A DNA stretch of 64,000 nt from Eledone cirrhosa (Eukaryota). The position numbers were made by a program, and so were the translations under genes. Numbering within the stretch: the stretch's first letter is position 1; the number at the start of each line of letters is the position of its first letter. Of this stretch, positions 33,251 to 47,110 are shown piece after piece. The stretch covers positions 1 through 64,000 of the forward strand of contig CAXHJY010000099.1 of the NCBI GenBank assembly GCA_964016885.1, read 5' to 3'. Below the pieces are notes generated by a model. The model saw nothing but the letters and a program-made list of their open reading frames with translations, was not told where the DNA came from and made no database searches.

Positions 33251-34953
33251 CCTGTGGATTTCTATTATTATACGCCTCCATATACTATGTATGGTACTTC
33301 GCTGCTCAACATTACGTCGTCTTTTTCTCCCTTTGTTCTTATACCTCTCAAAATTTAAAAATTTTTTGAGGTAGAGGACAAATGTGAAAAAAACAACCCG
33401 CTCTTTCAAGTTAACAGTAAAACAAATAAGTGAAATCTCAAATGCAATTTACATAAGATTTAGCAAACTAAAGTGCATCGTTATCTGAAGATATTATAAT
33501 AAAAATATATAAATCGACAACTATAGTTGAAATAGCTCCTTTATGTTGAAAAAGTTTAGACCATGCCTTTTCAATTATCATTGTAAGAAAATAAACGTTT
33601 AAAATGAAGCAGAAAGTTATATATCGCCGTGACGTGGGTGTATATATATATATATTACTAAAAGTCTGTGATTGATTGCTTGCTTGTCTGTAATGTAATA
33701 CAGCCAAAAGGGCACGTAATGGGAAAATACTTTGAAAGGAAGTTGCCCCTGAAATGGGAATACAAAGGAAGTAAAACAAGTTTCGCGTAAATCGAAGCAC
33801 AGGTTCCTGAGATATGGGGTTTTCTGGGTACCTTCATAAACAGAGAGATAGAAGAATAGAGAGAAAGAGATGGTGGTTGTGAGAGAGTAGATTAAAAGAG
33901 AGACATAGAGAGAAGGAGAGGAGACAGAGAAAGAGAATGGAAGAGAGAGAGAGCTGGTGGTGTTGTTGTGTATATATATATATATATGTGAGTGTGTATG
34001 CATATATATATATATGTGTGTGTGTACCTATGACCAGTGTATATAGATGAGACACCCACACACATATATACACATACACACATACATACATATATATATG
34101 TATACAAACACACACATTTATATATATACATACATACACGTATATATATAAATGTGTGTTTGAATTCAGACCGTAAAGGAACGTAACTCTATGCTGTAAA
34201 GCATGGCGTCCGACCTTCTACCGATACTGCCAATCCACCGTTGCCACGTAAAAAGCCATTAAAACATCGCGTAAGATATCTACGAATCCGCGAATATGCG
34301 GTGGTTCCCACGAACAATTACAGCAAAGAATTAACCGTTGATGAATTTGTTTTGCAAGGTTTTTTTTATGAAATCGTGTGTTGAAACAAATATTGTTATA
34401 TTGGGGGGATGGGGGGGGGGGTCATATTTGGTTTGGTTGTAATTTCCTAGTATATATATATATTTACATATTCTTATATATACAAACATATTGAATATAT
34501 TATTTACATTCCAATCGTTACATTACACCTGTATTTACATTTGAATTAATTTCGTTGTTATATATATTTATATGTGTATAAACGAAAACTCACAAATACA
34601 CACGCATACACACATACAAACATACACTCACACAAATACACACATATATATTCACACAAACATATTCACACCAACACATACATTCGCGCAGAGCGTGGAA
34701 AAGGTTGGAAGTATGTTGGGTGTTTTGCCGTAATTTTTTCACCATCCCCCTTCCACCCTTTTACACACACATACATTCACATATATACACACATATACTC
34801 ACACAGAGCTTTGTGCAAAAGTTGAAACGCTGTTTGATTTTTTACGCCGTAGAATGTTCACCATCCCACTTCCATGTGGACTGACACACGGACTGACGGA
34901 CACGATGCGACATTTATCTATATAGATATATATAAAAACACTCAACAAATATG

Positions 34954-35076
<123 letters not shown>

Positions 35077-35119
35077 AAAATGTTTAACCCCGACGGCAGA
35101 GCTCAAGCTGTTTCGACGG

Positions 35120-35162
<43 letters not shown>

Positions 35163-35202
35163 ATATTAATAAATGGAAACTATATTTATAAAACCATATT
35201 TA

Positions 35203-35266
35203 TTTTATTATATATATATTTCAAGGGCACCTAAGGCAAATTATGGTGCGCTTTCATCAGATAAAA
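35203..35266 (-). ncRNA. Type I hammerhead ribozyme in a single pLTR-like arm related to 6333-6787
   Basis: Minus strand: ttttat-CTGATGA-aagcgcacc...ggtgccctt-GAAA-tatatata-TA-ataaaa. The flank ataaatggaaactatatttataaaaccatatttattt is shared with ~6345. Confidence 0.8.
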
Positions 35267-36031
35267 TACAGATTTGTTTTATAAATAAATATTGACATAC
35301 CCAGAAAAAAGACAACCTTAACGGTTGGAGCTTCCTGGTTAGTGGAGATAATATTTTATTGAGGGTAATACAAAGTTATGAGTGAGTATGCAAATGAGTG
35401 TCCGAAAAGTTGAAAAGATAACGGTTTATTTAAATTAAACTGTTGGAAGAAGAGGATATGTAAGAGAGAGAGAGAAGAAAATGAAGGAGAAAGAGAGAAG
35501 AAAGAAAGAACGATTATACAAAGTGATAGTGAAGATAGTCAGAGAGTGAACGAAGAAATAAATTTTAATGGAAGAATATACAGAGCGTAAATATATCTAA
35601 GTGAAAGAAGAAGTGAAAGAAGAAATAAGATTAACGTGGAAGAATAATATTTAAAAATTAAAATTAAAACAGAAGTATTTATATTATATTAAGATGTATT
35701 AGTAATAATATATTGGTTTAGATGTGTATGTTATGGATTATAAATTATTTAAATAAATATATAGTATTTTACATTAGAGAAAAAATCTAGTATAGTTTAT
35801 TTGATTAAAGTAAGTTTGGCAAAATTATATTTATTAATAGTTGTAAGTCAAAACTTAAACATCCAAATAATTCCAAATTTATGAAAATTTACGAGAGTTT
35901 ACAAAGGAATAACTACTTAATTATATTATAAAAACAGTAAGGAAGTATAAAGGAAGTTGGAAGTGATTTTTTAAGAACTCAAATGACTGCAAGGATACAT
36001 AAAAAAAACTTTCAAAAAATTGGATTCACCG

Positions 36032-36480
36032 AACATTTATTATAATGCTCGGTTTGTTTGTAAACAAACATCCAGAATTAAGCCGTACAGTGTTTAGCAA
36101 CCATCGTTGCCCTTTTGTTCAACACTGACAAAGGAACAATGTATACGATGTATACTGACAGGAAGGTATACGGTGCTGACGATAACTAATAAGCTTGAAA
36201 CTAGTACATCGTTCCTTTGTCAGCGTTGAACAAAAGGGCAACGATGGTTGCTAAACCCTGTACGGCTTAATTCTGGATGTTTGTTTACAAACAAACCGAG
36301 CATTATAATAAATGTTTGGTGCATCCATACGTACATATATATATATATGTGTGCATGTATGTATATATATATATACTACTGTACGTCTGTATACATATAT
36401 GTATGTACGTATACATACTTATATTTAAGTAACAGCCGTACTAAGAGTGAGAAATGAAATTTCGTTTCATTTTTTCCATT
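36032..36480. mobile_element. Fold-back element (arms ~36032-36143 / 36205-36317) with a hammerhead in the loop (36169-36212, +)
   Basis: Inverted arms are visible; cggtg-CTGACGA...GAAAC-ta-GTA-catcg. Same family as 24130-24350. Confidence 0.75.
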
Positions 36481-36500
36481 TATATATATATATATATATA

Positions 36501-37720
36501 TATAATGAATAAAATAGCAGGAGGCTGGACTGGTGTTAATCCTTGAAAAGTTTATTATACTATGATCATTTCAATGACCGGGTTCCGTATGAATCTGGTG
36601 ATATCATCAGGTATTCGAAATATAAGAAAGGCGGCGCCTGTTTTGATTAGGCTTAGGCATAACTGTTAGCTGTATCATGCCTCCTTCTACTGGCACGTAA
36701 ATAAACCCCTCCTGTGTGAATTAATAGTATTCGTTTGGTATAGACGATGGGCTGTCGAAGATGGTAGACTTCCCGCTAACACACCCGAAGCCTATGGCAG
36801 TCACGTTCCTAGAGTACTCGGAAAAATTAATTTCCATTTCTTTCGCTAGACGATACCACTCGAAACTGGCTGACGCGTGGTTAGGAGGTGCTGGCTAGGA
36901 TTTAGAATCGAAGGCTTTAATCTTTACTCTATATCCCACCTTAATAACTTATAGGGAATCCCAATAATACACTTAAACTTTTTCATATAAGACTCTCTCT
37001 GTAGTTTCATTAAATAAATCCCGCAACACAAACCTTTAATTTTCTATTAATTTTCTAATTATTTTAAAAATTTCTTTTAACTTTTAATTTAATTTCATCC
37101 TTTAACTCTTAACATAAGTTAATGTTCCAATTTTCTGTTCACACATTTGACCATACAGACACCCATTATATATGCCTTTGTTAAAATATAGGTTCTTTGG
37201 AATAACATTTTTTCGTGTCTGACTGTAGTGTGACCCTTACGCTGACTTTTCTTCTTTCTTTCTTCTCTTTTTTTATTCTTTGACGGAGAGGTGGTAGTAC
37301 ACTATAAGCCTTCGCCCCTTCACCAGATGGTCATTAGTAGACTGAATAGCCATCACTTGAGGGCGACTGACCGAGGTGAAAAGAGCTAGTTGGTCAGTCG
37401 TACTCTCTGTCTCTGATTTTCGGACCCATGGATTTTTATATATTCCTTTGTTATATTTCGAATACCTGATGATATCACCGGATTCATACGGAACCCGGTC
37501 ATTGAAATGATCATAGTATAATACACTTTTCAAAGATTTACACCAGTCCAGCCTCCTGTTATTTTATTCATAATAATTAACTCCGTATTCGCACCACCAA
37601 CTACACAAACGAAGACGGGTGAACTGCACTACGTTGAGTACTTTCCATAATATTGCATCAAGATTGACCATACGGAATGACCAATCCTATCCGGTGGTGA
37701 ATCAACAAACCTAAATAAAT
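36501..37720. mobile_element. Inverted-repeat element (arms ~36501-36631 / 37445-37573) with paired hammerheads and a right tail
   Basis: Arms mirror each other; TA flanks. Confidence 0.8.
37462..37519 (+). ncRNA. Type I hammerhead ribozyme (mirror on minus 36557-36614)
   Basis: atac-CTGATGA-tatcaccggattc(atacg)gaacccggtcatt-GAAA-tgatca-TA-gtat. Confidence 0.8.
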
Positions 37721-38314
37721 ATATATATCTGACGTGCGCCATAACTAGCATAATGTCAAAAATATGTCAGCGTTCCAGACATATATTAAAGCAGTCATCT
37801 ATACTAACTTCGGATTCATTAAGTAGATGCGTCAAGGAAGGTCTCAAGATTATTTATGCCAATGTTTTCTCAAATAAAGCTCTACTTTCATGACTTATGC
37901 ATATTTTACTAAATTCATACAAATGTCCGACCAAACCTATATTATATCAAGTGTTACCAAAACCTAAATTAGAAAAGTGATATGTAAATACTTTAAATTT
38001 GATTCAATAAATATATGACAGCGAGCTACATTCAATTGATATGCTTCTTCCATTTCCAAATGTGTTTGCAATCTTTTGGGTATCAACTGGTTGAAACCAA
38101 CCGTCGCTTTAACTATTGCAGCACCTAATTCTTAGGTACTCCAGGGAGAAGGATTAAATATGCTTGTTTACGAATGACTGGTTAACTTTATAATTCCGTT
38201 ACAACCATAAGGATTGAAACTCAATTTTAACTCTTTAACCAGACATTAATAAAGAGATATATGTATAAATAGATGTATGCTTTCAGCCACACACACACAC
38301 GTTATATTTATATT

Positions 38315-38356
<42 letters not shown>

Positions 38357-38359
38357 TTT

Positions 38360-41300
38360 ATAGTTATGTATATAGTATAAACAACTATAAACAGGAAGGT
38401 CAGTAATTTCTTAATTACCTTATTACCAGTAAGAGAAATAGCTCAATGTATGAACATCAGTTGTTTTACAGAGCAGTTAAATAAATAAATTATACAATTA
38501 TCAAAGTTGTGTCCAAATCATTTAATAGCTGACAATCGTTTCTTCCAAACTCTCGTTTGGAGTCATCGGAGCATTATCAATGTTTGCACATATAATTAAC
38601 CTCCTATTCAACTGAACAATAATATATTAAACTGAACAATAATATAGATACATATAAATTGATGTTGTGCGCAACAGTTTCGTATTTACAGGGTGGAATG
38701 GATGTGACATATATTTTACGAGAATTGTATTCATGTTCAAATTCAAATCAAAATTAAAATTCAAATCAAAAGCACGGAGTGGAATACATGCAACAGTTAA
38801 AACAAGGGAATAGTCCAAATATTAAAGAGGCATTGAGGAAGCAGTTTTGAGAAAGGAAGAGTGCGATAACAATTCTTATGCAGGCGTGTGGATAGTGTGA
38901 CTGCGCAAGTCATATACATGAGGAGACAAGCAAAGCTATTATGCATATATAGATGAATAAATACTGCAGTTGAAGCAAATATGTTAATGTATTAGAGTCT
39001 ATGGTGGGTGTTGAATGTTGATGGTGTTCGAATTAATGTGTGTTGAGAAACATACAGTTTTTGCAGACTTTTCCATGACATATGTTGGATTAAATTTTAG
39101 TTAATGTTTATATTGAGTGTTTTAAGTTAGTTAGAGCAATGGATTGTAAATTAGTCTTAATGAATTCATATTCATAGACTATATTTGATCAACCGTTAAA
39201 TTTTCAATCGTTAATTTCCGGAAGTGAATAAGAGGAGCTAATGCGTAAGGGGAGGTAACTAGCTAATTAAGTTCAATTCAGTTATTAAAATTCTTTATTC
39301 TAATACACAATATAATGTGATACCATTGGATCTCTGTTAAATAACCCTGTATATTTATGCCTGATTTTAAATACAGTGTATTCTACTATCATATATTAAA
39401 TGTTTCTTTAGATTGTTATCTATTCATTACTGGACAAGGTATATGTTATGAAGGATTATACAGCTGTTAATATGTCATAATAGATATGTTATATGTGTAA
39501 TAATATAATCCCTAATATAGAATGCTATTACATTTTATATTTAATTAGAAGTGTATATATACTTTATTATTATTATGTTGTGTAATTTAAGCATTTAATT
39601 ATACAATTACAAATGCACACATAGTTTATCATCACACATTACATTAAATGTCTCTACATACCAAGTGCCAAATATCTATTACTGTATAAGATATAATTAA
39701 TCTATTGTAGTTATATCACAAGGTGGTAACTCTATGTCTAATTCTAACTGTTATTGCAGAGCATAAGGTTATAGATGAATAGGAGTTGTGTAGCGGAAAG
39801 AGTTGGTCGAGGGGTCTGTGGTTGTGGGTGCTGCTAAGTCCTAGATGTGTAGTGTTAATGGTGGTGGGGAATTCAAATCTGACATTGTTGTATACTAACA
39901 GCTAGGTTTAAAGTTATGGAACGAGTGTCGGTACCGGTGTTGGCACGAGGAAAATGTCTCTGACTTTCTATTAAGGAGGTCTAGTGTCGTAAAGAGAATA
40001 GTATGGGTCTCCAGAAGGCAGAGATTACACAATTTATTCGGTGGTTTATACGATGAGGCCCTACCTACTACTTCCCATTGCAGTGTAAATGGTCTATTCC
40101 TAGTTTTCAGGGAGTGTATGTAGCCAGATAAAGAAGTGGAACTGGCTAGATTGTGTTTTTTGAAAGAGTGGAGGTGCGAGTTGTATCTCGTCTTGAAGTT
40201 GTTCGAAGTAGAACCTATATATGTTTTAGAAGAGTTGTTTGCGTTGACGGTGCATGAGTAGATAATGTCTTTGGTGAAGCAATTATTACCTAAGGGGCAA
40301 GTTCTATTAGTTCTACAGTTACATTTATTCTGGGTGTTAGCTTGCCGGTTCCTATGTTGTGAAGAATTCTGGTTGCTAGGGGTAGCACTATGGTAATGAT
40401 GCCTATCATTCGTATTGTTATTGATTTCATTAGTGTTATTATCATTATTACTATTATTACTACTATTGTTTACAGGTACTAATTTTACCTCCTGTTGTGT
40501 TTTAATTAGTTGGAAATAGTTATTAATCTTCCTTTTATTACTACTAGCTATATGGTATGCTATGTTAGGTGTGGTGGAGTACGATATTTTAATTGTATTT
40601 TTATTGATAAGGCTATGGTACTTGTGGCCGGTCGGGAGGTTTTTTTCTAAGATTGAGAAGAAAGCATTAGGCAAGTTGGTAGAGACGTTTAGATTGAAAG
40701 GGGGATTGAAGAATGTATAGTTCTCCTTCTATTTTTGTTTATAGTATTGTTTTTTGGGGTATTTATATCCCCGTTTAAATTATTATTGTGGTGTTTACTT
40801 TGGTGCGAGTTAAGTTTGGTATTAATTTTCGTCTTAGAGTTATAGTGGCTAGTATTTTTTACTATTTTTCCTCATGGCCATATTATGAGAAATAATGTTG
40901 TAACTATGTGATTTTATAGGTAGGAATTCAATCTCATTCTTATATCCTGATTTAGCTAAGGCCTCATTATAGTATTGTGAATTATTGTTAAATATAGTTT
41001 CATTATATGATAGATTAGAGATTCTATTAGATATTCCTTTGGTAATGGAGTTTAATATGGATTTAGGGTGGTTAGAGTTGGTGTTCACATAAATTAGTTT
41101 TTCGTTAGGTTTATGATAGGGTGTGTATATTCAAGAGTCTAGGCTAAGGGTAGCGTCAAGGAAGTTGACGTTTTTAGTGTTTTTATCTAAGGTGATACTT
41201 AAGTTGTCGTTTTTGAAAATTTTGTGTAACTGTTTCCTAGTTTTTTCTATATTAAATTTTTTATAGTCTATGAGAAGAAGCGCATAATCGCGGTATAAAC

Positions 41301-42638
41301 CACCGTTGAGGTAGGGTAGGTTCTTATGCATTTCATTAAGTAGGTATATGCCCACCAAATCGGTGACCTGCGCCGAGTCACTAGATCCCATGGTTATGTC
41401 GAAGTTGTTAAGCGTATCCTTACGGGTCCATAATTGTTCTTCAAATGTAATTATGGTTTTTCGGGCCGCAAGTATGACATCAATTTGGGATCTAGTCAGG
41501 TCACTATTGTTCATGGCCATAATTAGAGCCTTATTTAATAGGATAGGGGAAATAGAGGTGTAGTAAGAATTGATATCAATAAAGTATATATATATATGCT
41601 TATAATTAAATATAAAATGTAATAGCATTCTATATTAGGGATTATATTAGTACACATATAGCATATCTATTATGACATATTAACAGCTGTATAATCCTTC
41701 ATAACATATACCTTGTCCAGTAATGAATAGATAACAATCTAAAGAAACCTTTAATGTATGATAGTAGAATACACTGTATTTAAAATCAGGGTTATGTAAC
41801 AGAGATCCAATGGTATCACATTATATTGTGTATTAGAACAAAGAATTTTAATAACTGAATTGAACTTAATTAGCTAGATACCTCCCATTACGTATTAGCT
41901 CCTCTTATTCACTTCCGGAAATTAACGATAGAAAATGTAACGGTTGATCAAATATAGTCTATGAATATGAATTCATTAAGACTAATTTACAATCCATTGC
42001 TCTAACTAACTTAAAACACTCAATATAAACATTAACTAAAATTTAATCCAACATATGTCATGGAAAAGTCTGCAAAAACTGTATGTTTCTCAACACACAT
42101 TAATTCGAACACCATCAACATTCAACACCCACCATAGACTCTAATACATTAACATATTTGCTTCAACTGCAGTATTTATTCATCTATAATTGCATAATAG
42201 CTTTGCTTGTCTCCTTCTCATGTATATGACTTACGCAGTCACACTATCCACACGCCTGCATATGAATTGTTATCGCACTCTTCCTTTCTCAAAACTGCTT
42301 CCTCAATGCCTCTTTAATATTTGGACTATTCCCTTGTTTTAACTGTTGCATGTATTCCACTCCGTGCTTTTGATTTGAATTTGAACATGAATACAATTCT
42401 CGTAAAATATATGTCACATCCATTCCACCCTGTAAATACGCAACTGTTGCTCACAACATCAATTTATATGTATCTATATTATTGTTCGGTTTAATATATT
42501 ATTGTTCAGTTGAATAGGAGGTTAATTATATGTGCAAACATTGATAATGCTCCGATGACTCCAAACGAGAGTTTGGAAGAAACGATTGTCAGCTATTAAA
42601 TGATTTGAACACAACTTTGATAATTGTATAATTGTATA

Positions 42639-42645
<7 letters not shown>
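38360..42645 (-). mobile_element. Penelope-like element (RT + GIY-YIG) with ~1.05 kb inverted terminal arms
   Basis: Minus-strand ORFs: DINSYYTSI, FDITMGSSDSAQVTDLVG, GLYRDY, NFLDATL, SNHP, CNCRTNRTCPL, YIGSTSNNFKTRY, CNLCLLE. Arms ~38485-39560 / 41590-42645. Confidence 0.93.
42546..42597 (+). ncRNA. Type I hammerhead, U4C core variant (mirror on minus 38524-38575)
   Basis: aatgct-CCGATGA-ctccaaac(gaga)gtttggaa-GAAAC-gatt-GTC-agctatt. Confidence 0.7.
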
Positions 42646-42687
<42 letters not shown>

Positions 42688-42690
<3 letters not shown>

Positions 42691-43290
42691 CGGCGATGAA
42701 TTAGTTTTGCGAGGTTTTTTTATATGAAATCGCGTGTCGAAACAAATGTTGTGTAATAAATAAAATTAAAAGAAAATAAAATAAAATAAAATAAAATAAA
42801 ATAAAATAAATAAATAAATAAATACACAAGCACAATAACAACAAACACATAAACACACATTAGTCACCCAATCACGAACACACATCACACATCAAACAAA
42901 ACACTATACACACACGCAAACGCATGCGCAAAGAAGACAAAATAAAATAAACAAACAAGCAAATTAATAAATAAATATATAGACAGACTGAATAAAAATG
43001 GCGTAGCCATACAATTCATCAGGAGGAAACAATAGCACCACTGACGATGTTGCAGATGTGCAACGAAAGATTTATGATAAACTATATATATGTGTTTGTG
43101 TCTATATTGTATCTGTATTATTTTTGACCGTCGGTCAGTCAATGGCAACATTGAGGACCGAGTATATTAGATTACCGATATAAAAGACACAGAAGCGAAA
43201 AGCGAAAACCAACCAAACAGTGAGTGTGTTCTGTTATTAATTCTGGCAATATTACACAAATATGACCCTCCCCAAGTATAACAATATATA
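42688..43290 (+). mobile_element. Single arm of the 14142-14826 family with its tail inverted at the left end
   Basis: 42990-43288 matches 14470-14768; 42690-42745 is the reverse complement of 14770-14824. Confidence 0.8.
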
Positions 43291-43294
43291 TATA

Positions 43295-43490
43295 TAGGAA
43301 AAAGTATGATCCCGACGGCAGAGCTCAAGCCGTTTCGACGGCTATTTCTGGTCCAGAAATAGCCGTCGAAACGGCTTGAGCTCTGCCGTCGGCGTCATAC
43401 TTTTTCCCTTTACCCACTCTACTACCCTAAGTATTGAGTACTCTGGTGCGTTATGGTCCATCTGGTTCCTTACCACAATTCCTTCGTTAT
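43295..43490. mobile_element. Short fold-back element; family fragments at ~2745-2855, 3222-3300, 4978-5015, 35075-35122
   Basis: cgacggcagagctcaagccgtttcgacggctatttctgg / ccagaaatagccgtcgaaacggcttgagctctgccgtcg, plus a tail. Confidence 0.8.
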
Positions 43491-43540
43491 ATATATATAT
43501 GAATAAAAATAACCCGGATTAAATTACATTAAATTATTTA

Positions 43541-43620
43541 ATTGATTTACGATCGTTTCTATCAATGCAGTAAGAAATTCCATTTTTTTTTTCATCTGTA
43601 TTGATTCCCTCAGAATCAAT
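43541..43620 (-). ncRNA. Hammerhead-like fold with a long stem II and an imperfect core
   Basis: Minus strand: attgatt-CTGAGGGA-atcaatacag...ctgcattgata-GAAAC-gatc-GTA-aatcaat. Confidence 0.65.
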
Positions 43621-44026
43621 TATTTATCATCGATGATGAGTATTTCATTTGTTCAAACAACGGAACATCCTGCTTATGAAATTAATGGAATTCTCATGGA
43701 AATTCAAGGTGACACAGCTGATGCCAAGTCTGGCATTTCGAATTACAAGTACAGTTAATTTTTTTTCGTCTGAGTGGATTGGAGCATTATGAAATAAAGT
43801 GTCTTGTTCAACCTAAACATTAAGCCACTTGCCCTCATAAACGTACACACACACAGACATATATATATATACATCCTTTTTTGCTAGACATGTTTTCATT
43901 TACTCACTTGGTTCGCTTGTCTTGCAATCTATACGCATCGAGCACAATAACCTCTCTCTACTGGCTTGTAATCTGCTTAAAAATCACCCATTTCTCCTCT
44001 TTGGTTGGTTTGTTTGCTTTTTATTT

Positions 44027-44152
<126 letters not shown>

Positions 44153-44231
44153 GTAAACAGAAATAACAACACAATCGGTACAGTATATGGAAGGTATATA
44201 TTAGGTTAACGTTTGATATAGCAGGAAGAGG

Positions 44232-44269
44232 TTCTTAACGTTTCGGACGCTAGTCCTTCGTCAGAAGAA
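44232..44269 (-). ncRNA. Ultra-minimal type I hammerhead
   Basis: Minus strand: ttctt-CTGACGA-aggac(tagc)gtcc-GAAAC-GTT-aagaa. Confidence 0.8.
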
Positions 44270-45344
44270 AGAATGAGAAATAAAATAGATTGAGGGGACG
44301 GGCGGGATGGAATTGGAAAAAATGTCTTTAGATAAAAATAACAGGTCCATTCATGTTGACATCTCTTATATCTATATATATATATCCCAGATAACGACTA
44401 GACGCTTTAACTATTAAGCTAAGGAGCCGTGACAACACATTGTTTATATATATATATGGGAAAAATGGAAAAGACAAATCAGAGCATTAAATCGTTAAGT
44501 AGACCAGGAAACATGCTAGAAGGAAAATAGCTGTTATTTTTTACTACACAAGTGTTTCACAAGTGTTTATGTATTCATATACCTTTCTGACCCATCGTTT
44601 TAGTAAAAAAATTAATTAATAGTTTCACTTGTAGTTTTAAACGGATTCGTCAGTCTCTATAATTAATAAGACTATCGTCCTTTTATGACCCAAGTATACT
44701 AGATAAGTATTCCAGATAAGTATACTAGATAAATATACGTTTCGGGGGAGGATATGGAATGTAGAATGAACTCGTTTAACAAAAAAAAAAAAAAAAATTA
44801 ATAATTTAACAGTGTAAAATCTGGAAGGCATCATAGCAGAAAATATAATGTATGAAACAATTACATGACCTAAAAATCTACAGCCCAATCACATACTTTT
44901 CTTAGAAAACCCTTACGTCAACACTAAAAATAGAAGAGAATCAGAAGGAACTGATAAGGTTGTAAAAGACTGGTAAACAAGGAAAAATTAGGAGAATGCT
45001 AACAGAAAAAACTTACATAATGCCTAGATAAACAATATAAAACGGCATGTGTCGCATTCATTAAGCCTTGAGGCAGTGGCTATGTATAAATTATGATTTC
45101 AGTGGGAAATATTGCTACACAAAAGACATTCTTGATCGTATTCATTAGATAAGATTCATTCGTCAACCAGAGGGTCGAAACACAGTTTCCCCGCGCTATC
45201 CTTTCTATGGCTCATAAAAGGGTTTCTGCTCTCTGAAGCCCTCTCGATACACATACCTTTGATCATCCCGTCAACAACAAATATAATAACAGAAAAAGCA
45301 AATTTCAGGAAGGAATTTTAAGAGATATAAAACAAATATTATAC

Positions 45345-45390
45345 CTTTGTTCCCGACAATTGGTGCTCCAATGATGATAGAATTGCCATC
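45345..45390 (-). CDS. Integrin alpha, coding exon 5
   Basis: ttctacag|GAT...G|gtataa, 46 nt, phase 0 to phase 1. Translates DGNSIIIGAPIVGNK(G), a GAP motif. Confidence 0.85.
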
Positions 45391-45755
45391 CTGTAGAAAT
45401 GAAGAAGATGTAGTGTTATTAATTATGTTTTTTTCAGATTAGACAACACCATACACATGTAAATAGACAGTAACTTTGACCATTTCCTGTAAGGAATGGA
45501 CTAGTTCCCAGTTAAGAAACAAAGTTCCTGTATTATTTAAATAACAATAGCAAAAGGTATATAAGCTATAACTTAATATTTTCTCAGTACTAAACGTGTA
45601 AACGTCACCGATGGTGCATACACATCCTGAAATACTAGTGTCTGGCATTCTCACACGGCTACTAAGATAGTTGTGACATGATCCTAGCTTAAAACATATA
45701 TGTTTATTATTCATAATGAACGTATATGTTTATTATTCATAATGTACATATACAC

Positions 45756-45895
45756 GGGCGGTGGATTGGCAGTATCGGTAGAGCACCGGACAACATGCTT
45801 CGTGGCATAGAGTTGCGGCCCTTTATGCTTTGAGTTAAAATCCCGCCGAGGTTAGCTTTGCCTTTCATCCTTACGGGGGTCGATAAAGTAAAGCA
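45756..45895 (+). mobile_element. Octopus-type tRNA SINE
   Basis: ggcggtggattggcagtatcggtagag...gcctttcatccttacgggggtcgataaa. Confidence 0.88.
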
Positions 45896-46520
45896 TAATT
45901 CTTTACAAATTCTTTGGTTTTCCTTTCATACATATTGATCTAACTTACTGAATTATACTTCGGATTTATTTAAATAGAGCTTTCACTTAACTTGTCTTGT
46001 CAAACTAAGTGGATATCTCCATTTATAAATCTTTCTATTTTTATAAGTTCTGGTAAATAAAAACATTATTATCTGATAATATGAAGACATTACGAGTTAA
46101 ATGTGTCAATTGGCTAACATAATAGTTGGTTTTCTATTACTTATTAGAGTACGCACAGCATGAAAGTAAATGCCTTAGATCAAGCTATGATTTGGGGGGA
46201 CATTTGGGAAACAAAAACCTTTTCGAAGCCCTCAGAATGGATTGTAACTGTAATTCAAAGGGCCATTCTTGATACACACTGTCACGGTGAATCTGCTAAG
46301 AATTACGTTTAGGATACACGTGTCTGTGGAACACTCATCGTCGAAACCGACGGGCTCCATTCCAAGGCTTCAATTATAATATATATTGTCCAATTTCAAC
46401 CTTGCAACATATATATTCTCCTTTTCTTCTTATGCTAAGTTATATAATGCTAGTACCTCTCCATTCTCACTTTAATTATCACAACAAATAAAACACATCC
46501 GTCTGAGAAGATGACCTCAC

Positions 46521-46676
46521 CTGTGAAAATCTAGCTGAAACTCCGATAGATGCTGAAATAGGAGGTTTCATTAAGTAAGTAATGTCAGTTCCATTCATCT
46601 CAAAACAAGACCCGCTTTGTTTCAAAAATTTTCCAAATATATCACTGTAAATTGAAGAGTTTCTATGACTACACAC
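46521..46676 (-). CDS. Integrin alpha, coding exon 4
   Basis: tttaaaag|GTG...CAG|gtgagg, 156 nt, phase 0 to phase 0. Translates VCSHRNSSIYSDIFGKFLKQSGSCFEMNGTDITYLMKPPISASIGVSARFSQ (CAHR-like and GxCF motifs). Confidence 0.85.
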
Positions 46677-46921
46677 CTTTTAAAAAATCGAAAAGAACTA
46701 TTAACAATTAATAAACAAAAATGAAATATGATTTAAAATGTTCAGACTATTAATCATATCTTTAAATATTTAAATTTCGGTAACTTTATTTTGCATATGT
46801 GACAATCATTCATTCCAGAGTGATGAGTTACTTTTTTCCACGTAATATCTTTTCTGCTATTCATGTTTCACTTCTGATCGGAGTTTTTAGGTGCTCTATT
46901 GGTCATTATTTTATTGATCCA

Positions 46922-47110
46922 AGGTGGTGAATTGGCAGCAACGGTAGAGGATCGGACACCATGCTTTCCAGCATAGTTACCTCCCTTTACGATCTGAGTT
47001 CAAATCCCGTCGAGGTTAACTTTGCCTTTCATCCTCACGGGGTCGATAAAATAAAGTACCAGTAATGTACTGGGTAATTGCTGGCCCTGTGCCAATAGTA
47101 GAAACAATTA
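46922..47110 (+). mobile_element. Octopus-type tRNA SINE, full length
   Basis: Same consensus as 48891. Confidence 0.9.

Noticed and set aside
38028-38124. Candidate integrin exon 6 on minus (GAAIVKATVGFNQLIPKRLQTHLE...)
   Set aside because: Poor acceptor, no integrin motif; could equally be a decayed DNA-transposon fragment.
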